Source: Actinomycetota bacterium (GTDB lineage: Bacteria > Actinomycetota > Actinomycetes > Mycobacteriales > SCTD01). From it: 64,000 nt of DNA. A program made the position numbers and the translations under genes. Every line of letters starts with the position of its first letter. Position 1 is the stretch's first letter. The notes beneath the pieces were generated by a model, which was not told the origin of the DNA, did no database searches, and saw only the letters and a program-made list of their open reading frames with translations. The stretch is taken from NCBI GenBank assembly GCA_033851845.1, contig JAWWOH010000036.1:3945-67944 (forward strand). The letters run 5' to 3'. This document shows positions 28,448 through 38,995 of this stretch, piece after piece.

Positions 28448-30808
28448 ATGGCCCGAACAAGCCATGGCGGCCCTGGCCCGGCGGGCGCATTGTCAGACGA
28501 TCCAGGGCAGGCGGTGACGGTGGACGAAGGATCGTTCTCGGCAGAACAGCTCGACGTACTAGTCCGCCTCGGCACAGCAGACCTGACCGAGAGCGAGTTG
28601 CGCAACCAGGCGGCCGAGCTGCAACGCGGCACGTCCGACCGGGCCTTCCAGGAACGCGTCGACGCCGTGCTGGTCGCGGCCCTGGCGCGGCGCCGTCGCG
28701 AGGACGAGCTGGCCGATCGGGTGCGTCACTTCGCCGCAGCACAACGGATCTCGCACGTCGGCAGCTACGACTTCGAGATCGCCACGAACACCAACATCTG
28801 GAGCGACCAGCTCTACCGCATCTACGGTCGCGAGCCGCAGTCGTTCATGGCGACGTACGAGAAGTTCCTCGAGATGGTGCATCCCGACGACCGGGAGAAG
28901 ATCATCGGTGTCCACACGGAGGCGCTGTCGACCATCTCGCCCTACGAGATGGAGGAGCGCATCGTCTGGCCGGACGGCGAGGTGCGCACCCTCGCGAGCT
29001 GGGGCGAGGTCGTTGCCGGCCCCGACGGAACGCCGGCCCGGATGGTCGGGATCTGCTGGGACATCACCGAGCAGAAGGAGACGTCGGCGGCGCTGGTGCG
29101 CAGCAGTGATCGGTTTCAGACGCTGATCCAGTCCGCCCCGGACGTCGTCCTGGTTGTCGGGCCGGACGGCGCGATCCTGCAGGCGAACGACCGGGTGCAG
29201 TCCGTCCTGGGCTGGAGCCCTGCCGAGGTCGTCGGGCACCCGGTCACCGAGCTGCTCCCGGCCGGCCTGGGCCCCGACGGGCCGCCGCACGAGCTGGTGG
29301 CCTGCGACCGCGCCGGCAACGAGATCCCGGCCGAGGTGAGCGCGACACGCGTCGAGACGGACGAAGGCGCCGTGACGGCTGCGTTCGTGCGGGATCTGCG
29401 CGATCGCAAGCGGTCGGAGGAGCTCACGCTTCGCTTGCATGACGCGGATGTACGACGTCGGCACGCCATCGAGATCAACGACAACGTCGTGCAGGGGCTG
29501 GCGTCCGTGCTGTACCTGCTCGACCTCGAGCGGCACGCGTCCGCGCATGCGGCGGCCCGACGCACGATGGCGACCGCCCGGGCGATGATGGATGACCTGC
29601 TGCAGGACACCGGGCCGTCCGGCCTCGCCCCTGGCGAGCTGGTGCGCGCCGAGGGACACCCGAGGACGCTGGACGAGGTCGTCCCGCCGCAACCACCGGC
29701 AGCTCCGGGCGCACTGCGCGTGCTGCTCGCCGATGACGCCGAGGACATCCGGTTGCTGCTCCGGCTCAACCTCGCCTCCCGCGACGGCTTCGACGTGGTC
29801 GCGGAGGCAGGTGACGGCGAGCAGGCCGTGCGACTCGCCGCCGAGCACCTTCCCGACGTCGTGCTGCTCGACCTGTCGATGCCCGTCATGGACGGCCTGC
29901 AGGCCATCCCCGAGATCCGGCGGGTCAGCCCCAAGACGCGGATCGTCGTCCTGTCCGGCTTCGACGGCGCGCGCATGAAACCGGTGGCGATGGAGCTGGG
30001 AGCTGATGCGTACGTCGAGAAGGGCGAGGCGATGGCGGCCCTCGTCGCCACCCTTGCCGCCGTCTTCCCCGAGCGGTTGTTCGCACCGAGGCAGGCGGCC
30101 GAGCCGGCAGACCCGGACGATGGCGGGCTCGCGTTCGACGGCGACATGGTGGTGCACGAGCTTCGTACGCCGCTCACGGTGATCACGGGCATGCTCTCGA
30201 CGCTTCGTGAACGGATGGACGTGCTGCCCTCGGCGACGACCCATGAGCTCCTCGACGCCGCCGGGCGCAACGCGCGGCAGATGGCCGAGCTCCTCGACGC
30301 GGTGAGCGACGCGCGCCGCGCGCAGCACGGGCTGCTGCCGGTCGTGCCGGAGCGGACCGACCTCGGCCGGTTGGTGCGGGATGCGGTGAAGGATGTCGCT
30401 TCCGGTCGCGCCGATCCGATGCCGGTGATCATGACGGAGCCCGGAGTCGACGCACTGGTGGACCCGATGCGGATCCGGCAGGTCATCTCCAACCTGCTCT
30501 CCAACGCCTTCAAGTTCTCGCCGGCCGGTACGCCGGTCACCGTCACGGTGACAAGTGACGACGACATCGCCGAGATCACCGTCCACGACGAGGGACCCGG
30601 CATCCCCGAGGACCGGCGCGACGAGCTGTTCAGCAAGTTCGGCCGGCTGGGGCACACCGGTCATGGCATGGGGCTGGGCCTGTACATCTCCCGTGCGATC
30701 GCCCGGGCGCACGGCGGCGACCTCGAGCTGCGGGACGGACCAGGCGCAACCTTCGCGCTGACCGTGCCGCGCCGCTCCCCCATTGAGGTCGGTAGCGACG
30801 CCCGCTGA
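28448..30808 (+). CDS. Cytoplasmic hybrid histidine kinase: PAS-PAS-(pseudo HisKA_3)-REC-HisKA-HATPase
   Basis: VHPDD PAS3, second PAS, LADD/LLDLSMP REC, HELRTPL, NLLSNAFKF, DEGPG, GMGLGL. Confidence 0.88.
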   Translation: MARTSHGGPGPAGALSDDPGQAVTVDEGSFSAEQLDVLVRLGTADLTESELRNQAAELQRGTSDRAFQERVDAVLVAALARRRREDELADRVRHFAAAQRISHVGSYDFEIATNTNIWSDQLYRIYGREPQSFMATYEKFLEMVHPDDREKIIGVHTEALSTISPYEMEERIVWPDGEVRTLASWGEVVAGPDGTPARMVGICWDITEQKETSAALVRSSDRFQTLIQSAPDVVLVVGPDGAILQANDRVQSVLGWSPAEVVGHPVTELLPAGLGPDGPPHELVACDRAGNEIPAEVSATRVETDEGAVTAAFVRDLRDRKRSEELTLRLHDADVRRRHAIEINDNVVQGLASVLYLLDLERHASAHAAARRTMATARAMMDDLLQDTGPSGLAPGELVRAEGHPRTLDEVVPPQPPAAPGALRVLLADDAEDIRLLLRLNLASRDGFDVVAEAGDGEQAVRLAAEHLPDVVLLDLSMPVMDGLQAIPEIRRVSPKTRIVVLSGFDGARMKPVAMELGADAYVEKGEAMAALVATLAAVFPERLFAPRQAAEPADPDDGGLAFDGDMVVHELRTPLTVITGMLSTLRERMDVLPSATTHELLDAAGRNARQMAELLDAVSDARRAQHGLLPVVPERTDLGRLVRDAVKDVASGRADPMPVIMTEPGVDALVDPMRIRQVISNLLSNAFKFSPAGTPVTVTVTSDDDIAEITVHDEGPGIPEDRRDELFSKFGRLGHTGHGMGLGLYISRAIARAHGGDLELRDGPGATFALTVPRRSPIEVGSDAR

Positions 30809-30829
30809 AGCCGCTGCAAGACTCGGCGG

Positions 30830-31696
30830 GTGATCGCCGCCCCGACGCCGCTGGACAAGCTCGTCGACCTGCTCGACCTCGAGCTGATCGAGGAGAACAT
30901 CTTCCGCGGCAAGCAGCCGCACGAAGCGCTGCAGCGGACCTTCGGCGGCCAGGTGGCCGGCCAGGCGCTCGTCGCGGCCGGCCGCACCGTTCCGGCCGAG
31001 CGGCCGGTCCACTCGCTGCACGCGTACTTCCTGCGGCCGGGGGACCCGAGCATCCCGACGGTGTACGAGGTCGACCGCATCCGCGACGGCCGCAGCTTCA
31101 CCACGCGGCGGGTCGTCGCGATCCAGCACGGTAAGCCGATCTTCAACCTCTCGGCGTCCTTCCAGCTCGTCGAGGCCGGCTTCGAGCACCAGACCGCGAT
31201 GCCAGCGGTCCCGGATCCGGAGACGCTGCAGACGCTGCAAGAGCGGATGAAGCCGTACGCCGATGAGCTCGGCGGCTGGTATGCGCGTCCTCGGCCGATC
31301 GACGTCCGCTACGTCGGCGATCCGCCGCGCGTCGCGAAGGACCGCGGGCGGCGCGAGACCCGAAACCAGGTGTGGATGCGCGCCGACGGCAAGCTCCCCG
31401 ACGACCCGCTGCTGCATGTCTGCGCCGTGACGTTCGCCAGCGACATGACCCTGCTCGACTCGACGCTGATGGCGCACGGCCGGTCCTGGGGCACCGGGGA
31501 TGTCGTCGGCGCGAGCCTGGACCACGCGATGTGGTTCCACCGCCAGTTCCGCGCCGACGAGTGGTTCCTCTACGACCAGACCTCACCGTGGACCGGTGGC
31601 GGCCGTGGCCTCGCGCAGGGATCGATCTATACGCGCGACGGGCAGCTGGCCGTGAGCGTCGTACAGGAAGGACTGATCCGCCCACCGCGGCGGTGA
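30830..31696 (+). CDS. tesB: Acyl-CoA thioesterase II
   Basis: FGGQVAGQAL, HSLHAYFLRPG, RDGRSF, ASDMTLL, ASLDHAMWFH, QEGLIR. Confidence 0.95.
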   Translation: MIAAPTPLDKLVDLLDLELIEENIFRGKQPHEALQRTFGGQVAGQALVAAGRTVPAERPVHSLHAYFLRPGDPSIPTVYEVDRIRDGRSFTTRRVVAIQHGKPIFNLSASFQLVEAGFEHQTAMPAVPDPETLQTLQERMKPYADELGGWYARPRPIDVRYVGDPPRVAKDRGRRETRNQVWMRADGKLPDDPLLHVCAVTFASDMTLLDSTLMAHGRSWGTGDVVGASLDHAMWFHRQFRADEWFLYDQTSPWTGGGRGLAQGSIYTRDGQLAVSVVQEGLIRPPRR

Positions 31697-31708
31697 ACAG
31701 GCCACCCG

Positions 31709-34700
31709 TCAGCGCACGGAGACGAACCGTGTCGGGCTGGACCCGGCCACCACCGTCATGTCCGCAACCGTCCGGGCGACGGCCACGTAACGACCCGCAG
31801 TCGCCACCTGCACCAGCACGTTGTAACGACCGGCAGCATCGGTGCGGGTGTTCTGGACCGCCGACGACCTGCCCTCGACCCTGCCGACCGAGACCTGCAC
31901 GACCCGGCCGATGCGGTGCGGGAGAACGACGCCCGACAACCGCAGCACGTGCGGACGCACGGGCACCGCGGAGAGGCTGAGCACTGCGCGCACGTACAGC
32001 ACGGTGCTGCTGCCAGCCGTGCAGCCGACCGCCCGTAGAGCCAACCGCGCATTGCCGGCCGGCGCGAGCGTCACGGTGGCAAGTCCCTGCGCCGTTGTGG
32101 TCACCGTGCGCAGAACGCGGTACGTCGTCGACGGCCGCACGTAGCCGATCAGCTCCACCGTCCGGACGCCAGCGGGTCCGGCGATCGTGACGGTGACCGG
32201 ACGGCCGGCGAGGGCCGGCGTGCTGGGCAGTGTCAGCTCGAACGTCGGGCACGGGTGAATGGGCGTCGAGGTCGGTACCGACGTCGAGGAGGGCGTCGCC
32301 GACGAACTGGCCGACGGCACGACCGACGGGAGGCCGCCGCCCGTGCTGCTGCCACCGCCACCACCGCCGCCACCGCCGCCGCCACCCGGCGTGGGCGCCA
32401 CCGAGGTCGTCGTGACCGTTCGGGTGACGTCGCCGGTCATGGTGCGACGGGCGTAGTCCTGGACCGTCTGCGAGACGGTGACGACGTACGCCGTGCCGGG
32501 CGCAAGCGGAGCAGCGGGAGTGAAGCGGACCCGGTTCGTGACGTCACCGACGTCGCCATCGCCGAGCTGCGGGGAGATCGGAGCCCAGGTGCCGGCGACG
32601 GGGCTGCCTGAGTGCGTGACGGCGTATGCGCCGTCGAACGTGAAGGTGCGCATCGGTCGGTCGAACACCACGTCGATGCCGCCGGCGTCGGTCAGCACCA
32701 CGTCACTGACGGCCGGTGGCGCCAGCCGGACCAGCCCGACGTCCACGTTGAACCGCGGCGGAAGGACTTGCAGCGCAGGGCTCTCCGCGCTCGCATAGCC
32801 GTCCTTGCTCCAGACGACCTTCCACCAGCCTTCGGGCACGTCCCAGCCGTAGTAGCCGACAGCGTTCGTTGGCATCGGGTTCGTCTGGGCCCAGTCGCGC
32901 GCATCCCAGAACGACCATGGGCCGGTCTCGGACGCGCCCTGCAGCAAGGTCGCCGTGACACCCTCGAGCCGGTTGCTTCGGGTGCCCTCGTAGACGACGC
33001 CGCTCGGATCGTGGGCGTACTTCGGGTCCACGACGGTCCCGCCCGAGCCACCCGTCGTGTCGGTGCCATTCGACCAGGAACCGCCCGCGCTGCTCCCGCC
33101 GCCCACACCGCCGGGAGGATCCGGCGGCGCGGGGCAGCTGCTGGCCTTGATTTCAGCCGCGACGGCAGCTACCCGCTGCGCCGCCGCCGCGTTCGAGGCG
33201 AAGTTGAGCAGCTGCCCGGCGGCCGCCGAGCCGGCCGCAGAGCCGATCATGGTTCCCGGTCCGGGGGCAATGGCACTCAGCGCAACGCCGGCCAGGATCC
33301 CGGCTCCGGTGGTCACCACATCGCTCATCAGCTGGTTCTCTCGCTCCGCCTCGATCTTCCGGTAAAGGCGTTCGGCCTCCCCTTCGGGGCAGACGGGCGA
33401 GATGAGCAGGTACAGCTTGTCGATGTCCTTGTAGTTGCCGCTCTCCCATCCCTGGTAGGAGGACAAAGCGAAATCGCCAGTGCTGATCGCACGGCCTATC
33501 ACCTTGATGGCGACAGCGGCGTAGACCACGCCCGCCGGGATGCTCACGAAGTTGACGTGGACACGGTGCGCGCGCAGCGCCGCGACGAGTCGCGGCGCGT
33601 CCAGCGCGCTGGCCTTGATGACAGCGTTCGCAACAACGGGCCCGCCTGGCCCGGCGGGTTGAGTCACTGTCAAGCCGTAGACGGGCACACCACTGGCGGT
33701 GGCTGCGGCTAGATCCGCCGGAGAGGGGACGAAGTCCGGTGCATCGGTGATGGTGATATCGACCGAGGTCTCACCACTGGTCGGCGACGTGGCCGTCGCG
33801 GACGTCCGGGCTCCGCCGACGACCGCCTCCGGCTCCACGGTGGGCCAGGTCGCATCTCTCAGAGCGGCCGGAAGCGCGGTGCGGATCTGGGCCTCGCTGC
33901 GGCCCGTCGACAGACGCAGCGCCGGTGCGACCTTCGACTCCACGCGCACATCGCCTCGGCCGTCGAAGTCGGGCAGGCTGGCGACGAACTTGCCGTCCAC
34001 GAACGTCGCGGCAGCAGTCGCCGTACCGACATGAACCACGACGTCGGTGACGCGCTCGGGCTTCGTCCACGTCAGGGTGACGATCAGACCCGCACCGCCC
34101 TTGACGTAGAAAATCGGGTGCGAGATGCCCTGCCGGGGGTCGGCATGCACCGCCCAAGGGTTGACGGCCTGCTTCAACGTCACGTCGATGAGCTCGGGGC
34201 GGTCCGGGTCGTAGATCACGGTGACCGACCGCGTGCGCCGCAGATCGGTGCCCTCCCCGGTCTCGGCCCAGAGGTCGTAGTCCTGTGCCGCGCCGGTGTC
34301 AGGCAGCGTCAACGGTGTCGTCCACGCACCGCCCGGCCCAGCTGTGGCGAGCGCGAGCAAGCCCCCATTGCCCTGCACGCGTACGACGGCGCTGGGCGCG
34401 GCGATGCCACTTACGACGATCTCGTGCCGCGTCGTCGGTGGCGGTGCTTCGAACGTCAGTCGCTGTACGCCGACGAGCGCGTCGACCAACGCGTCGGTGC
34501 CGCCTGTGAACGCCATCCGCACGGCTCCGGCGATGGTGTCACTGTCGTAGGTCTCACCGAGACGCAGCGAGTACAGCAGCACGTGCTCGGCGCCGGTCGG
34601 AAGGTCACCGACCGCGATGTCGACACCGCCGGGCACGGCTGTGCCAGCCACCGCAACACCGTCGAGCAGCAACGACGCGGGCGGCAAGGTCACCCCAGCC

Positions 34701-37700
34701 GGCACGAGGACCCGAGCCACCGACGCGCTGACGGGCGCGTTGTTGCGCAGCACGACGCGGAAGGAGACGAGCGCGCCGGGCAGCACGTTTTCCTGCGGCG
34801 ACTGCACGGTGCTCAGCACCCGGAACGGACCGGGTGGCGCAAGCGCCATGGAGCCAAGGTCGATGATGCGGCCTTCGGGGATGTCGACCTCTGCCTCGGC
34901 CGAGCCGGCAGCGTCTCCGAACACCACGAGCCGGTACCGACCCGGCCCCGGCACGCCGCGAACGAAGCCGGCGCCCACGCTTCGGTAGCCGCTGATGGGT
35001 GTCAGCGCGCCGTCGACCCCCACTGACGACAGCTGGACACCCACGCCGGTCGCACCGGAGACCGCGCCGGACACGCCTTCGAAGTAGCCGCGGTCGAGGT
35101 GCAGGACCGGCGCGAGATCAGCGCCCAGCAGCAGCGTCGTACAGCCTGAGGGGACCTGCGCCTGGGTCCCGTCCATGCACACGGTCAAGGGCGTGCCCAC
35201 GGCAGCGTTGAAGGCGAAGATGCGCAACGCACCGCCGCCCGCGTCCTGCGGGTCCGTCAGTGGCGGCGCGCTGCCGGCGGTGACGCTGAGACCCAGGAAG
35301 TAACGCCTGGATCCCTCGAGGGAGTAGGGACCCTCCCAATCCGGCTGGCCGGCCATTCGTGTGCGCACCTGGACGTCGACGCGGTAGGCCTGCAGAATGG
35401 GTAGTACGACATCGCGCTCAAGGGTGCCGTCAGGCACGTCAATGGTCCACGTCGTGACGGCGCCCTGATAGCCGGCCGCCAACACCGCGCTTCCGGTCGT
35501 CCCGTCGAGGTCGAAGACTCCGTCGGGACCGGTCGTCGTCGTGCCAGGCACGAGCCGACGTCGCGGCTGGGCGAGGGTCATGACGACGCCGGCAACCGGG
35601 TCGCCAGCAGCGTTGCGCGCGATGCCGTGCACGTGGCCGGTCGCCAGCAGCGGCACGACGACCAGCTGGCGCGCCCCTCCGGGCAGGGTGGCGGTCACGG
35701 GGATGTCCGCGATCTCGCCGAACGCACCGATAACGCTGCTGCGCAACGTATAGGTCGAGCCTTCGACGAGTCCGAGCGCGGTGGTCAGCGTGCCGTCTAC
35801 GTCGCCGCGGACGTACCCAGCGAAGGAGCCGTCGGAGCGGAGCAGAGTCGCATTCACTCCGCTCACGGGCGTCCCGCCGGGTGTCTCGTACTTCACGCGC
35901 ACCTCGGCCGCCCGCCGGACGTCGAGCACGAGCGCGATGCGCTGACCGCGCTCCAGGGTGATCGGCCCACGCCGAGCCAGCTCGATGCCGTCGGCACCGA
36001 GCACCCGGAACCGCCAGTCGAGCGCGGCCGGCAGTGCCAGGACGAGCGAGCGCGTTGCCAACGGCAGCACCGCCGCGTCGTGGAGGCTGTCCGCGGAGCG
36101 GTCGAGGCGCAGGCCGGGGGGATCGTCGCCGGTCAGCGTGATGTCGAAGGCGCCGCTGACGTCGAAGGGGTTGGGCGGGGCGGCCCGATCGATGCTCGCG
36201 CCCACACCATCCGTGAGACGGACGGCAACAGCTGTCACCCGCGCGGTTCCGTCAGCCAGCAGGAATGTCGTGCGATAGCTGCCGGCCGATGTCGCAGACA
36301 TCGCGAGCTCGGTCGTGGTGGTTGCGCCATTGGCATCGGCCCAGGTGACGAGCGCCGTGGCGGTGCGAGCGGCGTTGCCGAGCGCCGTGATGACGACGCT
36401 GCTGCCCAGCTGAGCGATACCTGGTCGGAGGAGCTGCGGCACCACGCCGACAGTGGTCACCTCGAGGGCGGGGATCTGCGCGGCGGTCGCGATCACGGTG
36501 AGCGCCTGCTCGGTGCCGTCGAGGGTGGCCATGACCCGGTAGTGGTGGACCGCGCCCGCTGCCGTCGCGGTGTCGAGCCAGCTGCCGGTGCCGGCCGGCA
36601 GGTCGGCGACGCGGGCGAGCGTGCCGTCGCCGGTCGCCCGGAAGACGGCGTACGCCGTGGCGCCGGAGACCACGTCCCACGTCAGCTGCACCGTGCCGTC
36701 GGCCGCGGTGACAGCGGACAGAGGTGCCGAGCCGGTGAGCGGAGCCGCGAGGGTGGTGAGGCGGTAGGTCAGCGGAACGCTGCTGTGCCCTACCGCGTCC
36801 TTGGCGACGAGCTGCAGGTCGTACGAGGTGCTCGGGCTGAGGCCGGTCAGCGACAGGCCCGTGGCGTCGGCCGCGAGAGTCCGGTCGCCGCCGGGCGCAC
36901 CACTGAGGACGTAGCCGGTGACTGCGACGTCGTCGGCCGCTGCCGGCCAAGCCAGTTGGGCGAACGTGCTGCCGATGCTCGACGCGGTCAGGGCGGCCGA
37001 CCCGGGCCAGGTCGGGGCGGCCGCATCGGCGAGCTTGGCGACGAACACCTGCACGCCGGCCGAGGTACCGCCCGCCGGCGGGATGCCGATCTGTCCCCAC
37101 GCGACGGCCGACGCGGCCGCAGACACCGAGCCGAGCAGCGGGACACCGAGGCCGCGCGGCCCGGTAGTCGCGAGGTCGGTGCTGGAGCCGTCCCGCCGGA
37201 ACACCTGCAGGGCGCTGTTGAGACCGGTGGCGACGTACGTCGCGTCGTTGGCCAGCGACGTGAGGCCCGCGCCGCCGCCGTACGCGATAGGTGTGAGAGG
37301 TACGTCGGCGACGACGCCCGCGGTCCACCGGCGCTGACTGGACCCGGTCGCCGTGCGCAGGACCCAGCTCACTGTTGAGCCGTCGTCCGAGACGACCGGG
37401 GCCGACGGCGTTCCGCCGACCGTCGACGCCTGCGCGGAGCCGAGCACGGCGCCGCTGGCCGATGCGAGCACGCGGCGTACGACGTCCCAGCTGCCATCGG
37501 CGGCACGCTGGAGGTAGCTGATCGCGGTGCCGTCCCTGGACAGCCGCGGCGACACGAGCTCTCCGACCCCGGCCGTGGCCACGGTGCTGAGCGCGCCGAG
37601 GCGGCGTACGAGGAGCGTTGACCCGGCCCCACCGAGGTTGCTCGAGGCGGTAAGGAACGCGACCGCGCTGCCGTCTCCGGAGAGGGTCGGGGCGTTGCTC

Positions 37701-38995
37701 GTGCCGTTGCCTCCGCTGGTGCCGATCGCGCTGGCGCGTTCTGTCGTACCCCGGTTGATGCTGCGCACGAAGACGTCGGTCTGGCCCTCCGTGTCTCCGG
37801 CGATGAGGTCGGTCGAGGTGGAGGTGAACGCGACCGTCAGCCCGTCGGCGGAGATCGCACTGCCGCCGTTGATACCGGCCGCGGACGGGCTGCCCCCGGT
37901 CGCGACGTCCACCAGGCTGGTCGTGCCAGCCGTGACATCCCGCCGGTACAGGTGGTCGAAGGACGTCGACACGGGGCTGGCCAGCAGGTCGGGGGCGCGC
38001 GAGGTGAATGCCACAGCGCCGGCATCGGCCGACACCAGCGGATCGCGGCTGGCGCCGCTGCCATAGGCGCCGCTCGGGCGGACGCTCACAGGCACGACGG
38101 TCCAGGGCAGGGACGAACGGTCGCGGAAGCGCAGGTCGACCACGGGTGCCGGGCCGCTGGACGGCACGGTCGCCAGGGCGGCAACGCCCAGGGTGGACCA
38201 CGTGGTGCCGTCGACCGGCTCGGCCCAGACCCGCCGCTCGCCGGCGGGAAGGACCCAACCCACGTGGCCGTCCGGAGTGCTGAGCGACACGGCCGGATCG
38301 CCGACGCCTTCGGCCGTCACCTGCGCGCCGAACACGGCGGCGCCGGCCGGCGAGAGCACTCTCCCCTTGAGCGTGGGGACTGCCATGGTGACCGTCGTCG
38401 ACAGCGGAGTGCCAGAGACGACCGTGATGTCCTTCGACGTGTCCTGGACCAACCAGGGGTCGGAGTCGACGGGGGCGTTGACGAGCAGCTTCCACGGTCC
38501 CGGTGAGAGGAACAGGCCGACGACGCCAGCAGAATCAGTCACTGCCTGCGTCATGTCGACGGCGGCGTTGCCGTTGCCGGCCTGCGGGATGGCCGCGACG
38601 TCGACGTTCCCGAGCGCGGAGGTCCCCTGCTTGACCGAGACGAGCACATTGGAGGCGCGCAGGTCCAAGGTGACGTCCTGCGGCGTAGCGGTGACGGTCA
38701 CAGGCAGGCCGACGGACTGAATGAGGTGCTGGCTGTTCGGATCAGCCGGACCAGCCTTCAGCGTCTGTGCCCCCGTCGCCGCCGCGAGAGCGAACCGGCC
38801 ATCGGCTCCGGCGGTCGCAAAGGCACCACCACCGCTCACGAGTGCAAAGCCGGCGGCCGTGCCGTCCGGGTTTCGGACCAGACCGGTGACGGTCGTTGCC
38901 GCTTGCGCGGTCCACACGGGAGCTGCCAGCAGGCTCAGCGCCGCGACAGTCGCCACGACCAGCCGAGCCGACAGCTGCGGGACGCGACGGTTCAT
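31709..38995 (-). CDS. Giant (~2430 aa) secreted multidomain surface protein: carboxypeptidase-regulatory-like/Ig repeats, TolB/PD40-like propeller, FN3
   Basis: Signal peptide ending AQA; SADG..VAF.S...L..GDT...DVFVR repeats; FN3-like APTWP...LAWPAAADDVAVTGY; Gly/Ser/Thr linker; start at ATG 38995 or TTG 39001. Confidence 0.85.
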   Translation of the reverse strand: MNRRVPQLSARLVVATVAALSLLAAPVWTAQAATTVTGLVRNPDGTAAGFALVSGGGAFATAGADGRFALAAATGAQTLKAGPADPNSQHLIQSVGLPVTVTATPQDVTLDLRASNVLVSVKQGTSALGNVDVAAIPQAGNGNAAVDMTQAVTDSAGVVGLFLSPGPWKLLVNAPVDSDPWLVQDTSKDITVVSGTPLSTTVTMAVPTLKGRVLSPAGAAVFGAQVTAEGVGDPAVSLSTPDGHVGWVLPAGERRVWAEPVDGTTWSTLGVAALATVPSSGPAPVVDLRFRDRSSLPWTVVPVSVRPSGAYGSGASRDPLVSADAGAVAFTSRAPDLLASPVSTSFDHLYRRDVTAGTTSLVDVATGGSPSAAGINGGSAISADGLTVAFTSTSTDLIAGDTEGQTDVFVRSINRGTTERASAIGTSGGNGTSNAPTLSGDGSAVAFLTASSNLGGAGSTLLVRRLGALSTVATAGVGELVSPRLSRDGTAISYLQRAADGSWDVVRRVLASASGAVLGSAQASTVGGTPSAPVVSDDGSTVSWVLRTATGSSQRRWTAGVVADVPLTPIAYGGGAGLTSLANDATYVATGLNSALQVFRRDGSSTDLATTGPRGLGVPLLGSVSAAASAVAWGQIGIPPAGGTSAGVQVFVAKLADAAAPTWPGSAALTASSIGSTFAQLAWPAAADDVAVTGYVLSGAPGGDRTLAADATGLSLTGLSPSTSYDLQLVAKDAVGHSSVPLTYRLTTLAAPLTGSAPLSAVTAADGTVQLTWDVVSGATAYAVFRATGDGTLARVADLPAGTGSWLDTATAAGAVHHYRVMATLDGTEQALTVIATAAQIPALEVTTVGVVPQLLRPGIAQLGSSVVITALGNAARTATALVTWADANGATTTTELAMSATSAGSYRTTFLLADGTARVTAVAVRLTDGVGASIDRAAPPNPFDVSGAFDITLTGDDPPGLRLDRSADSLHDAAVLPLATRSLVLALPAALDWRFRVLGADGIELARRGPITLERGQRIALVLDVRRAAEVRVKYETPGGTPVSGVNATLLRSDGSFAGYVRGDVDGTLTTALGLVEGSTYTLRSSVIGAFGEIADIPVTATLPGGARQLVVVPLLATGHVHGIARNAAGDPVAGVVMTLAQPRRRLVPGTTTTGPDGVFDLDGTTGSAVLAAGYQGAVTTWTIDVPDGTLERDVVLPILQAYRVDVQVRTRMAGQPDWEGPYSLEGSRRYFLGLSVTAGSAPPLTDPQDAGGGALRIFAFNAAVGTPLTVCMDGTQAQVPSGCTTLLLGADLAPVLHLDRGYFEGVSGAVSGATGVGVQLSSVGVDGALTPISGYRSVGAGFVRGVPGPGRYRLVVFGDAAGSAEAEVDIPEGRIIDLGSMALAPPGPFRVLSTVQSPQENVLPGALVSFRVVLRNNAPVSASVARVLVPAGVTLPPASLLLDGVAVAGTAVPGGVDIAVGDLPTGAEHVLLYSLRLGETYDSDTIAGAVRMAFTGGTDALVDALVGVQRLTFEAPPPTTRHEIVVSGIAAPSAVVRVQGNGGLLALATAGPGGAWTTPLTLPDTGAAQDYDLWAETGEGTDLRRTRSVTVIYDPDRPELIDVTLKQAVNPWAVHADPRQGISHPIFYVKGGAGLIVTLTWTKPERVTDVVVHVGTATAAATFVDGKFVASLPDFDGRGDVRVESKVAPALRLSTGRSEAQIRTALPAALRDATWPTVEPEAVVGGARTSATATSPTSGETSVDITITDAPDFVPSPADLAAATASGVPVYGLTVTQPAGPGGPVVANAVIKASALDAPRLVAALRAHRVHVNFVSIPAGVVYAAVAIKVIGRAISTGDFALSSYQGWESGNYKDIDKLYLLISPVCPEGEAERLYRKIEAERENQLMSDVVTTGAGILAGVALSAIAPGPGTMIGSAAGSAAAGQLLNFASNAAAAQRVAAVAAEIKASSCPAPPDPPGGVGGGSSAGGSWSNGTDTTGGSGGTVVDPKYAHDPSGVVYEGTRSNRLEGVTATLLQGASETGPWSFWDARDWAQTNPMPTNAVGYYGWDVPEGWWKVVWSKDGYASAESPALQVLPPRFNVDVGLVRLAPPAVSDVVLTDAGGIDVVFDRPMRTFTFDGAYAVTHSGSPVAGTWAPISPQLGDGDVGDVTNRVRFTPAAPLAPGTAYVVTVSQTVQDYARRTMTGDVTRTVTTTSVAPTPGGGGGGGGGGGGSSTGGGLPSVVPSASSSATPSSTSVPTSTPIHPCPTFELTLPSTPALAGRPVTVTIAGPAGVRTVELIGYVRPSTTYRVLRTVTTTAQGLATVTLAPAGNARLALRAVGCTAGSSTVLYVRAVLSLSAVPVRPHVLRLSGVVLPHRIGRVVQVSVGRVEGRSSAVQNTRTDAAGRYNVLVQVATAGRYVAVARTVADMTVVAGSSPTRFVSVR

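Noticed and set aside
28559-31540. 993-aa minus-strand ORF
   Set aside because: Antisense to the hybrid kinase and tesB, with no recognisable domain
32340-32395. CCG/CCA-rich trinucleotide run
   Set aside because: Encodes the poly-Gly linker of the giant protein
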